64,000 nt of DNA from a virus. Its lineage: Duplodnaviria; Caudoviricetes. This document shows positions 22,247 to 30,989 of the stretch, one piece after another (position 1 is the stretch's first letter; each line of letters begins with the position of its first letter). Made by a program: the position numbers and the translations under genes. The notes under the pieces are model-generated. The model made no database searches and was not told where the DNA came from. It saw nothing but the letters and a program-made list of their open reading frames with translations. The stretch spans positions 53,541 to 117,540 of IMG/VR virus record IMGVR_UViG_3300020011_000226, one strand, 5' to 3'.

Positions 22247-22720
22247 TCATTTCTTCCAAAAGAGGTCTGTAATATTGTTGTGCCATGATGTCCCATCACC
22301 AAGATGGCTTATTTTATATAGTCTTTGGTTGGTAGTAGGGGAGTCAAGACCCCCAAGTTCCATGTCATAATGTCCAGTCTTAAGAAAATCCAAGTACTGA
22401 CAAATGCCTACTTTATCCTTAGGAATCCTGTCTAAGCCACAATACCATGCTGTCTTGATTTTCTTATGGAAATGCATGAAGATTTCTATGAGGGCATCAA
22501 TATCTCTTTCTCCTCCCATAAGAAGCAGGCATGTGATGCCTTGGTGCTGGTCAAGGAGCTTGTCAAGTCCTTCAATAGAAAGAAGAGGGCCTTTGTCTTC
22601 CCACAATTCCCTGCTATGACAGCCTGGACAATGTATTTGGCATCCTGAGATAGCTATGGCAAGGGACATCTCATTGGGTATTTCCTGAAAGACCTCCTTT
22701 TGATACAGATATTTAAGCAT
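22247..22720 (-). CDS. nrdG: Anaerobic ribonucleotide reductase activating protein (radical SAM)
   Basis: FQEIPNE..LA..ISGCxxxCxGCHS and TTNQR. Start taken at MLKY (22720). Confidence 0.85.
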   Translation of the reverse strand: MLKYLYQKEVFQEIPNEMSLAIAISGCQIHCPGCHSRELWEDKGPLLSIEGLDKLLDQHQGITCLLLMGGERDIDALIEIFMHFHKKIKTAWYCGLDRIPKDKVGICQYLDFLKTGHYDMELGGLDSPTTNQRLYKISHLGDGTSWHNNITDLFWKK

Positions 22721-23018
22721 AGAGTTTAGATATGTTTTTGAATTTATACTTCTTGGTAACTTCATCAATGGTTTCCTGCACAACAGTTTCCACCTTACTG
22801 TCTATCACATCAGGATTAGGATGCCATGACTTCAATATAACAGTGAATCTTGCCGTGGAAGATGACCTGAACTTCTTGACAGAGACAGTGGTAGGAACCT
22901 TAAACAGGTTCTCTATCTTGTCTGTAAACATTTGGGTAAGCTCCTCAAAATGTTCAGACAAGACAGACCACTTGATTGTGGTTTTGATAGAGAACTGTTT
23001 TTGGTTTTTTGTGTACAT
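22713..23018 (-). CDS. Hypothetical protein
   Basis: Coupled ORF, 101 aa. Confidence 0.6.
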   Translation of the reverse strand: MYTKNQKQFSIKTTIKWSVLSEHFEELTQMFTDKIENLFKVPTTVSVKKFRSSSTARFTVILKSWHPNPDVIDSKVETVVQETIDEVTKKYKFKNISKLYA

Positions 23019-24064
23019 CAGACATCCTTCAGCTTTAAGCAGTTAATGATGTTGACTCCATGCTGATTAATACCATTGGGGACAGGAGGCCTGCAATCAA
23101 GATAGCCCTGAAGCTCCTTGCCTATCTCAAAGGGGTCTCTGTACTCATTACCCTCATCATCTATAAGAGTGCCAGGGAATTTTGTCAATGGAAACTCCCA
23201 GACAAGAGGGGTCAAAGTATGCTTATTAACTACAATGAATCTGTAAGGCATGAGTTCAAAGTTTTTAAAGTACTCATCCCTCTCTATGTTAGCCTTAATA
23301 CATCTCCAATACAAGCGGGCTTGGATCATATAAGACCACTGCATGAAACTATGCTCAAAGTTCCATTCACTCATTCCAGATGTCTTAAGGTCGCAGGGAT
23401 AGATGACTTTTTTCTCATAATTCACGGCTATCATGTCTGCCATGCATCTGTAAGTCACACTCCCAAACTTTGCTCTGAATTTGAGCTGATAGTACCTTCT
23501 TACAGGAGACAGCTCATCATTGTCAGCAAAATATCCAGCAGTAGCAGGGCTTTCCCTTAGTGCTCTGACCATAGCTTGAACCTGTTCAAAGGTTTTAGTA
23601 TCAAGAATAGTCTTGTCACTGTGTTTTAAGGCATTATAGTATTCTGCTATGTTACCAGTTTCCAAAACCTTCTTGTACCTTACCTTATCCCACTTGTCTG
23701 CTTGCCAGAATCCTGCTGCCTTGGCTGCTTGGGAAACTATGGATTCAGGGATTTCCTCAAAAGAACCAAAGGGCAATCCCATATTAACCAACTGGCTGCA
23801 AGTATCTTTACCTCCATCAGTGATGTTAATGTCAAGTACTATGAAATTAGCATTGAACTCATCAGCACCTCCTGTAATTATTGCATCAACTGCCGATCCT
23901 TCTGTGAGTGAGGGAGTGCTGATGTGCTCAAACAGCTTATCCAGCTTATCGAACCCTTCTCTCTCATATTTAGCCAAAGTAGAATAGCTTAAAGCTGGAT
24001 CAGCTCTATAAGTTGGCTCATCTACTTGCCAGCTAATATCCTTTAACTCTTTCAGTATTTCCAT
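23018..24064 (-). CDS. PD-(D/E)XK exonuclease (RecE/ExoVIII-like)
   Basis: LSYSTL, GSAVD, D...DLKT and YxIQAxLY motifs. Confidence 0.85.
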   Translation of the reverse strand: MEILKELKDISWQVDEPTYRADPALSYSTLAKYEREGFDKLDKLFEHISTPSLTEGSAVDAIITGGADEFNANFIVLDINITDGGKDTCSQLVNMGLPFGSFEEIPESIVSQAAKAAGFWQADKWDKVRYKKVLETGNIAEYYNALKHSDKTILDTKTFEQVQAMVRALRESPATAGYFADNDELSPVRRYYQLKFRAKFGSVTYRCMADMIAVNYEKKVIYPCDLKTSGMSEWNFEHSFMQWSYMIQARLYWRCIKANIERDEYFKNFELMPYRFIVVNKHTLTPLVWEFPLTKFPGTLIDDEGNEYRDPFEIGKELQGYLDCRPPVPNGINQHGVNIINCLKLKDV

Positions 24065-24318
24065 TAGTTACCTTTGTTAAAGTGATAGGTTTCATGCAGT
24101 TTCTCGATGCATTCACCCAGACTAATAAGCTGATTGACCTTGTTGCTAAAGATAGCAGGAGCATTACCTCTGTCAATCTTCTCCTGAAGAGAGTGAATTT
24201 CCTTCTCGATAAGGTCAAGACCCTTGTCAAAGTTCCAATTAATAAAGCTGTTGATGTTGGCAATATGATCTGATACTGTTTTGCCATTACTCTTGTATTT
24301 ACTAAAACGACTTTCCAT
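24064..24318 (-). CDS. Hypothetical protein
   Basis: Coupled ORF. Confidence 0.55.
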   Translation of the reverse strand: MESRFSKYKSNGKTVSDHIANINSFINWNFDKGLDLIEKEIHSLQEKIDRGNAPAIFSNKVNQLISLGECIEKLHETYHFNKGN

Positions 24319-24323
24319 AATTT

Positions 24324-24905
24324 TTACAATACTATTTTCTTAAGTTTCCAATTGTAGTTATAAGCATACTCTGTATGTCCTGTGAGAGAGCGGAGAATAG
24401 AAGCCATGGACTTGCCTTTAAGACCAAGCTCTTCCATTGCCTGACTAATAGAGTCATACAAAGTGACTGCATCACTTTGCACACTATCTTTTGTTTTCTT
24501 GGGTTTAGGTCTGACTTCTATGCAATAACCAAGATATTGCCAATGGTTATCCAGAACCTCAAGAAGCTGCTTGTTGTTCTTGACCATATAGAAGATGGCA
24601 TTAGGGTCATTCTCCTTGAGATATTTATACAACAGCTTCTTCTTGATTTTCCAGTCAGGAGTCTCAAAGCCTTTGGTCTCTATCATGATAGGGCCTATAA
24701 TGAAATCTGGGATGTAGTTAATTGCCTTTACTTTGTCTTTTTGGTATTGACAATAGAAGCCTTCCTGGAGAGTAATCTTTTTAGTTTCATACTCCCAGGA
24801 CAGCCCCATTTCATCTAGTGTTTTAGCCGTATTGGCTTCAAGGGTACTACGGTATTTCCTGCCATTGTAGACTTTAGGCTCTACTCCAACAATATGCTCG
24901 CTCAT
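24324..24905 (-). CDS. PD-(D/E)XK endonuclease (T7 endonuclease I/DUF1064-like) with C-terminal NUMOD1-like domain
   Basis: YRSxLE...YxPDF...IETKG; C-terminal YDSISQA..ELG. Confidence 0.8.
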   Translation of the reverse strand: MSEHIVGVEPKVYNGRKYRSTLEANTAKTLDEMGLSWEYETKKITLQEGFYCQYQKDKVKAINYIPDFIIGPIMIETKGFETPDWKIKKKLLYKYLKENDPNAIFYMVKNNKQLLEVLDNHWQYLGYCIEVRPKPKKTKDSVQSDAVTLYDSISQAMEELGLKGKSMASILRSLTGHTEYAYNYNWKLKKIVL

Positions 24906-25258
24906 TACTTCTTCTTCAAAGCTTTCTGGATGTTGAGCACAGTGGCATGAATAGTCTTTACCAGACTTTCCATAGACTCCAGTTTCTCTATTCTCTCTTC
25001 CAGCTCTCCAACCTTGTCTACCAAGCCTTCAAGGGCTTTGCAGGGAGCACTGTCATCAAAGTCAAGGAGATTATCCTCATTAGCTTCACGCTCTTCTACA
25101 TATCCCATCTCAACAAGCCATCCTTGTGTCTGCTCATTGAACGCAATATCCTTCTCTACGGTTACTGTGCCTCCCTCAATTTCCTTGAAGAGGCTTACTG
25201 TGATAGAATCACCATACTCTACAGGCTCATCAGTCTCTACTACAAAATACTTTTTCAT
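24905..25258 (-). CDS. Hypothetical protein
   Basis: 117 aa with a C-terminal coiled coil. Confidence 0.65.
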   Translation of the reverse strand: MKKYFVVETDEPVEYGDSITVSLFKEIEGGTVTVEKDIAFNEQTQGWLVEMGYVEEREANEDNLLDFDDSAPCKALEGLVDKVGELEERIEKLESMESLVKTIHATVLNIQKALKKK

Positions 25259-25279
25259 CTTTTTAAATCCTTTAATATG

Positions 25280-25987
25280 TTAATACTCTTGATACCACTC
25301 TATGCCATAACCGTTCTGGCTGATTAGAATATCATTTATCCGTTTCCATAAGTCAGAAGGCATCTTGGCTTTAGTCCTTGCATAGTATGAGGGGTGTCTG
25401 ATGCGAATTACATAGTTGAACTGCTTATTGATGTACATATCGAAACTCTGTGCAGCAGTCCCCATGAGAACATAGACAATACCACATGTATGCTTGGACA
25501 AGTTAGTGAGCAAGGACTTGATGAAAGGTCTCCACAAAAGGCTGTGTGAGCCTACTCTTCCTACTTCACAGGAAAGTGCTGAATTCAACATCAGCACCCC
25601 CTGTGCTTCCCACTTCTCCAAACTTGGGTCAAAGTTAACATATCCATGTGGGACAGTGTAGTCTATTACAGATTCCCTTAGGACTTCTAAGGATGGAGAA
25701 TAAGAAGGCTCTGGAGTATCAGGAGAGTTAGCAAAAGCTATTCCTGTGGCTACTGGGACTGTGGTAATACCATTGCCAATAGAAGAAGGCTTAAGAGTTG
25801 GATAGGGGTCTAAACCTAAGAGTACCACACGAAGGTTACTGAGGGGACAGAGAGTGAATGCTTTGAAGATGTCTTTCAGTTGAGGGCATATCACACAATG
25901 AGAGGCTGACAGTTTCCTTAGGATTCTATCAGCCTCATTTAGGTCTACCGCTTTAGACCAGTCACCAAAATACTCTTGTACGGTCAT
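25280..25987 (-). CDS. ung: Uracil-DNA glycosylase family 1
   Basis: VVLLGLDPYP, GIAF, SPSL, QGVLMLN, HPS. Confidence 0.92.
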   Translation of the reverse strand: MTVQEYFGDWSKAVDLNEADRILRKLSASHCVICPQLKDIFKAFTLCPLSNLRVVLLGLDPYPTLKPSSIGNGITTVPVATGIAFANSPDTPEPSYSPSLEVLRESVIDYTVPHGYVNFDPSLEKWEAQGVLMLNSALSCEVGRVGSHSLLWRPFIKSLLTNLSKHTCGIVYVLMGTAAQSFDMYINKQFNYVIRIRHPSYYARTKAKMPSDLWKRINDILISQNGYGIEWYQEY

Positions 25988-26733
25988 CAGATTATCTCCT
26001 CTATATGGTCTCTAGCCACTTGCAACAGGTCTTGATTGGAGATGGTAACAGGAGGAGGAATGACTTTTGTAATGGCAAAAGGACTTGCGCCTATTTCTAC
26101 TACTGGATATGCTCTTGTTCTTTCAGTGATGGTAAACAGCTCATTTTTAATAGGAACATCATTCACTAAAGTGGTTAGAGCAGTATTAATAAACTTTTTT
26201 GCAAGAAACTTTTCCATGCTGTTATGCTGGTTCAAGAAACAGTCAGGATGAATCCTTATGATGGGACGAAGGTAGCTAAAAACAGTATTTCCATCTACTT
26301 GTAGCCTCTCCATTTCCCAACTGCACATCATCAGAGGTTCGAAATTAGTGTCAAAGACAGCTCCGTAAGTACCATAGTATTTTATGGTATCTTCCCCTTG
26401 CTTTACCTCCAAATCAATAAAACGCATTGATGGATAATGTGTTATCAGAACATCACACATAAAACGGCTTACTGTTTTATGGCTTGGTTTACGTCCTTTT
26501 GTGTATAGTTCTGCAACCAAAGTACTTACTTTGGGATTGTTACTGAGAGAGGAGAAAGCCTTGTTAAATAGGAATAAAGGAATCTCAAAGACTGGCTTGC
26601 CGACAGGTATCTCCATTTGCGCACCATCTTTTCTATGGAGCTGGTCTTTATGCATATAGACAAGTCCATCATCTGATGCATTGACACGACATTCAAAGAT
26701 TCTCTCTGTTATGCTATTCAGTGTCTGTGTCAT
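25987..26733 (-). CDS. Hypothetical protein coupled to the ThiF/E1 gene
   Basis: 248 aa; 1-nt overlaps with both neighbours. Confidence 0.75.
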   Translation of the reverse strand: MTQTLNSITERIFECRVNASDDGLVYMHKDQLHRKDGAQMEIPVGKPVFEIPLFLFNKAFSSLSNNPKVSTLVAELYTKGRKPSHKTVSRFMCDVLITHYPSMRFIDLEVKQGEDTIKYYGTYGAVFDTNFEPLMMCSWEMERLQVDGNTVFSYLRPIIRIHPDCFLNQHNSMEKFLAKKFINTALTTLVNDVPIKNELFTITERTRAYPVVEIGASPFAITKVIPPPVTISNQDLLQVARDHIEEII

Positions 26734-27884
26734 TAGTTCTCAGTTTTAAATAACATGTTCTGCGCATCATACTCAGTAAAGAAGGGCAAATCATAGGGGA
26801 TTACAGGATCAAGGTTGCTAGCCACAAAGTTCACAAAGAGATTGGTCATCAATGCTCCTATCATACAAGCCATATAGGTGGTCTGTTTCATAGAGCATAC
26901 AGTAGCATCTGCATCCTCATCAGAGAAGAGGAACTCCTGCTCATATCTATCCATGTTATAGAGGTCATCTCCTTTGATGCATAGAATTTGAAGGGTATCG
27001 ACTGATAGTCTGCCATCAAGATAGAGGCAGTTCTTTCTGTTTTCTTCATCTAAGCACTCAACACGACGAAGCCAGCTGTTAAAGAATGCTCTTCTGGCTT
27101 TCATATTATCAAAGCCACATATCATGATGTCAGTAGGAGTACAGTCAGTCGTAAATCTCCTTGTATAGCAGTAGATGTTGGAAGTATTGGTACCCCTTTG
27201 GACTATGTTAGCTATAGCATTTACTTTGTACTCTCCTACATCATTGAGGCTAAAGAGCTGACCAGACAGATTGGCTCTCTCCACTCTATCATCATCATAC
27301 AGGTATATACACATTGGATGCATTCTTCCTATTTGAAAGGCAACGTGACTACCAATGCCACCGCATCCAGCAATGGTTAGGTATTGTCGTTTGATAGCCT
27401 CATACCATTCTGCTCCAGAAAACCTTGAAGTGGCTTCCTCTAAGAGTAGGGTAGGGGAGTTTGGGGGTAATAGAGGTTCCTGGGAGGGAGGAACAGCAGT
27501 ATCATTGCTGCCAATTGAAGAAGGTGCTGACCATGCCTGTACTGGAGCTATATTGCCTGTTGCCTCCTGTGTGTCCCAATCAGCATCCTCTTCAGCATCA
27601 AGGTCTCTGCCTTCTCCTATATTCTCATCATAGATTTCCTCTTCCCCATCAGTAACTTCTTCTGCATCGGCTGCATGAACTTCCTGAAAGCCGTTCTCAG
27701 AAAGAATATCATCAACATCATCACCTGAAAGGACTTGGGGTTGAGATTCTACTACTTCTGGGATAGAAGGATAGGCTGCTTCAAGTGCTGATGGAGAAGC
27801 AGTCCCTGAGGCAGGTAGTGTAGCATCTGAGTCATCATCCACTCCAAGGGAATTCAACCAGTCATCAATATTTATATTATTCAT
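26733..27884 (-). CDS. ThiF/E1-like adenylyltransferase with acidic disordered N-terminus
   Basis: GCGGIGS, DDDRVERANLSGQ, CGFDNMKAR, and a candidate catalytic Cys in ATVCS. Confidence 0.9.
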   Translation of the reverse strand: MNNINIDDWLNSLGVDDDSDATLPASGTASPSALEAAYPSIPEVVESQPQVLSGDDVDDILSENGFQEVHAADAEEVTDGEEEIYDENIGEGRDLDAEEDADWDTQEATGNIAPVQAWSAPSSIGSNDTAVPPSQEPLLPPNSPTLLLEEATSRFSGAEWYEAIKRQYLTIAGCGGIGSHVAFQIGRMHPMCIYLYDDDRVERANLSGQLFSLNDVGEYKVNAIANIVQRGTNTSNIYCYTRRFTTDCTPTDIMICGFDNMKARRAFFNSWLRRVECLDEENRKNCLYLDGRLSVDTLQILCIKGDDLYNMDRYEQEFLFSDEDADATVCSMKQTTYMACMIGALMTNLFVNFVASNLDPVIPYDLPFFTEYDAQNMLFKTEN

Positions 27885-29076
27885 AGATATAGCGGTTTAA
27901 TACTTCAATATATTCCTGAATGAAGGGATTTTCTGAATATTGATAAAGCTCTGCCTTCATTGCCTTAGCAATCTTGGACTGATATAATTCCCAGTCATTA
28001 TAGAGACCCTCAGGAGGATTTGCTTCCACATGTCTGTTAATGCAGAATTCTACAACAAACTCTTTCCACTCATCAAAGTTGTCTGAATCGGGGAATATCT
28101 CTTCATACTTTTTATTCATGTGACGAGTGACCCACTGCTTCAGATCGAGGTCTTTGTTGACAATGAAAGAACAGGTAATCATCTGGCATATTAAATGGTG
28201 AATCTGCTCAGCATCAGGCTTCCACTCGGATAAATCAGTTATTTCCTCCACTTCTTTCTCTGCGAAGAGTATCTGCTCTTCTGCTTCAGCCTTCTGGGCA
28301 TTTCTCCATGTATTAAAGGAGAAATCATTGTCCCCCTTGATAGCAGATGGGACTGTAGCTAATGGGAATTTATCAAGCTCTTGTTTCTTCTGAGCTTCAA
28401 TTTCCTCAAACCTCTTATCAAGGAAGTCATAGGGATTGTCTACTACCTCTCGACGCACATCCAGTATGAAATACTCAATGGTAGTATTGTCTGTAGTAAC
28501 CTCAGTGACTTCACCTCCCAGATTAAGTTGCTTTTCACCCTCACCAAAGAACTCATAGGAATCACCAAGGTTTATAGTAGTTACTTTCTGCTTTGTTTTT
28601 ACTTTTCTGGTAATAGCAGCCTGATATGTGCCTTTAGTATCTACAATCAGAGAGATAAAACAGTTGGTGTCATTACCTTCTGACCAAAGGGTCTTTAAGT
28701 CTTGGCCACTGAAAAACGCACCCATGGTGTGGTGTGAATGCACCAATGACAAATCACAGTCAAATAATTCTATGTTTTTTGCCATATATGCAGAGACATC
28801 AGGAGTCATTTTGAACTCTGTCCATCCATTTGTACCTATGTCCATAGGAAACAAGTCTACACAATAGATTTCCAAGTCTCCATTTTCAAAAGTTCCAGAA
28901 TGGGTAGTAAAGAGTACTCCAGACCACTCAGTATGAGGAAACTTTCTGATGAGATACCTGATTTTCCCTTCTACCTCGCGTGGTACAAAGAGCTTATATG
29001 TAGCAGATTGTTTGATCAGTCTGGGCAGGATTTTGATTTCCTCCTGCTTCTGGTAATTGTTTGGGTTTATTTCCAT
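27877..29076 (-). CDS. JAB/MPN+ (JAMM) metalloprotease
   Basis: EWSG plus HSH-x7-S-x2-D (HSHHTMGAFFSGQD). Start taken at MEINP. Confidence 0.9.
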   Translation of the reverse strand: MEINPNNYQKQEEIKILPRLIKQSATYKLFVPREVEGKIRYLIRKFPHTEWSGVLFTTHSGTFENGDLEIYCVDLFPMDIGTNGWTEFKMTPDVSAYMAKNIELFDCDLSLVHSHHTMGAFFSGQDLKTLWSEGNDTNCFISLIVDTKGTYQAAITRKVKTKQKVTTINLGDSYEFFGEGEKQLNLGGEVTEVTTDNTTIEYFILDVRREVVDNPYDFLDKRFEEIEAQKKQELDKFPLATVPSAIKGDNDFSFNTWRNAQKAEAEEQILFAEKEVEEITDLSEWKPDAEQIHHLICQMITCSFIVNKDLDLKQWVTRHMNKKYEEIFPDSDNFDEWKEFVVEFCINRHVEANPPEGLYNDWELYQSKIAKAMKAELYQYSENPFIQEYIEVLNRYIYE

Positions 29077-30214
29077 AATGATAGTCAATGATTCTTAGAA
29101 TGTTGTTTAGGATGGACAATGCCAGTACCTTGTTCAGTATAAGGGTTGCTCCCTCTTCGTTATTGCTTGAAGTACTGAAAATTTTCAGTTTGATGTCTTC
29201 TCCTTTAAACCAGAGGACATGCCTGCCTTCATACTGTTGGAGATTGGTAGAATCCAGATTATTGTATGAATAGAACTTACCATCTACAACAAATGTCTTG
29301 ATAAGCCATTTGTTAGTGAAAAGAGGTTCTACATCTTCTTTGCTGAAAGACTGGTTGAACCAGCTGATAAAGGCATTGGAAATATCAATCATAAAGTCGA
29401 AGAAATGCATACCACACTGGTATCTTCCGTTAATAAAACAAAGTTGCAGAGTTCCCAAAGACAAGTAATAGTCTGTGAAAGTCCTAATATGACGTTCAAA
29501 TACTCCTGTATGCGTTTTATCAAAGAAGAGAAGAGCCTTAGGGTCAACATCCTCAAACTGGGTGTATTCTTTCATTGGCGCTTTTCTTCCAATCTCCTCT
29601 AGCTTTCTATATGGGCCACCAGTAAGAGACTCAACAGTAACATATCTTGACAGTTCCTCACAGAAAAGCATCCATGCGATTTCATCACAATCGTTCTTCA
29701 AGTCAGCAATAGTATTGCCGATAGGCCCTGTTCCCAGACAAGGATCCTGGAAACCAACCTCTTCATCCATGCGATACCTTCCTGGTACATGAGAATGTAT
29801 ATACCCTGATACAAACTGAATATCTGAGAAAGTGCTTCTTTCTAATTGGAATCCGTAGTTTTCATAGGGTATTCGACCTTCCATAGTCAGTTTAATCTTT
29901 GCATAGAGGTCTTGGATTTCCACAGATTTATTATGTTCATTGGTGACAGTCACCTTAGGCCACCATACATAAATGTATGGTTGGATGGATGCAAATGATT
30001 CCTTAATATCATCCAGCTGAATGTCAGGAATGTCATACCTTCCGTCAGGTTCTGCTGCTATTCCTAAATTTCGGACAGCATGTACTATCATAGAGTCACC
30101 AGCAATGCCTTGTATATCCACATACTCCTCCTTGAAGAAGTCTACAAAAATCTGATAAACTAAGTGGACTTGGGAAAATATAGTATCCCGAAGCTCATTG
30201 ATTGTGTACAACAT
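28994..30214 (-). CDS. Prokaryotic E2 (UBC-like) domain protein
   Basis: YIHSHV...FQDPCLG resembles the E2 HPN/H-x(n)-CLG active-site segment; it sits between the JAB and Ubl genes. Confidence 0.65.
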   Translation of the reverse strand: MLYTINELRDTIFSQVHLVYQIFVDFFKEEYVDIQGIAGDSMIVHAVRNLGIAAEPDGRYDIPDIQLDDIKESFASIQPYIYVWWPKVTVTNEHNKSVEIQDLYAKIKLTMEGRIPYENYGFQLERSTFSDIQFVSGYIHSHVPGRYRMDEEVGFQDPCLGTGPIGNTIADLKNDCDEIAWMLFCEELSRYVTVESLTGGPYRKLEEIGRKAPMKEYTQFEDVDPKALLFFDKTHTGVFERHIRTFTDYYLSLGTLQLCFINGRYQCGMHFFDFMIDISNAFISWFNQSFSKEDVEPLFTNKWLIKTFVVDGKFYSYNNLDSTNLQQYEGRHVLWFKGEDIKLKIFSTSSNNEEGATLILNKVLALSILNNILRIIDYHYGNKPKQLPEAGGNQNPAQTDQTICYI

Positions 30215-30235
30215 AAGAATGATTTAAATTAGAAT

Positions 30236-30268
30236 AAAAGAGGCAGGATAACTTAACACCCTGCCTCT
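30236..30268 (-). terminator. Intrinsic terminator after the Ubl gene
   Basis: AGAGGCAGG/CCTGCCTCT stem followed by a T-run on the minus strand. Confidence 0.65.
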
Positions 30269-30294
30269 ATAGACACAACCAAATACAGTCAGAC

Positions 30295-30972
30295 TTAGAG
30301 GTCTGCTATCATTTTGTCAACAACATCATCAGACACCTTAGGCTCAGCCTCTTTCAGACGGCCAGCCAGCTCTGTGACAAGCTCTGCAAGCACCACTACA
30401 TCATCAGCATAAAGCAGGCGGTCATTAACCATAGCCTTGATACCATCATAGAACCAGTCAACTGTATTGGCATGGGGAGCTGTTACAGCAGGAGTTGGAG
30501 TATTAACTTTCTCTTCCTTCTTACTGCCAAAGTTGTCAAGCTCCTCGCGGGTTTCCTCCAAAACATCTGCACCTCTACGGTTGATGTCAATATACTGCTC
30601 AAGTACATCAGTCTTCACGCGGGTGTAGTTCTGACCCTCCCCCTCAAGAATAGCACCCATAAGTTTCATTTCCTTCACCAAACGGTAAGCTTCCTTTCTA
30701 TCCATAGCACCAGAGGCAATCTGCTTGTTGGGATTGGTCAGCAGGATTACCAGGTCATTGGTAGGCTGTCCCTTGTACATAATGTTAGAGGGCAGCTGAG
30801 TATCTCGACTCAACAACTGGGTCTTGGTAATACCCTCAGTGAATGACATACCAGAGAAATCAATACCTTGGGCAATCATCTGATCTTGGAGTTCACCCAA
30901 CGTGGTGGCTGAAGTCTGAATAGTGTGACGCTGTTGAGTCTTAGTGTTGGCAATTCTAATTGTTCTTTCCAT
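30295..30972 (-). CDS. Ubiquitin-like (beta-grasp) protein with C-terminal helical extension
   Basis: The first ~88 aa follow a strand-strand-helix (ATTLGELQ)-strand...LP..DLVILL pattern ending in KQIASG. First gene of the E2/JAB/E1 cluster. Confidence 0.6.
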   Translation of the reverse strand: MERTIRIANTKTQQRHTIQTSATTLGELQDQMIAQGIDFSGMSFTEGITKTQLLSRDTQLPSNIMYKGQPTNDLVILLTNPNKQIASGAMDRKEAYRLVKEMKLMGAILEGEGQNYTRVKTDVLEQYIDINRRGADVLEETREELDNFGSKKEEKVNTPTPAVTAPHANTVDWFYDGIKAMVNDRLLYADDVVVLAELVTELAGRLKEAEPKVSDDVVDKMIADL

Positions 30973-30989
30973 AATATAAAACGTTTTAA

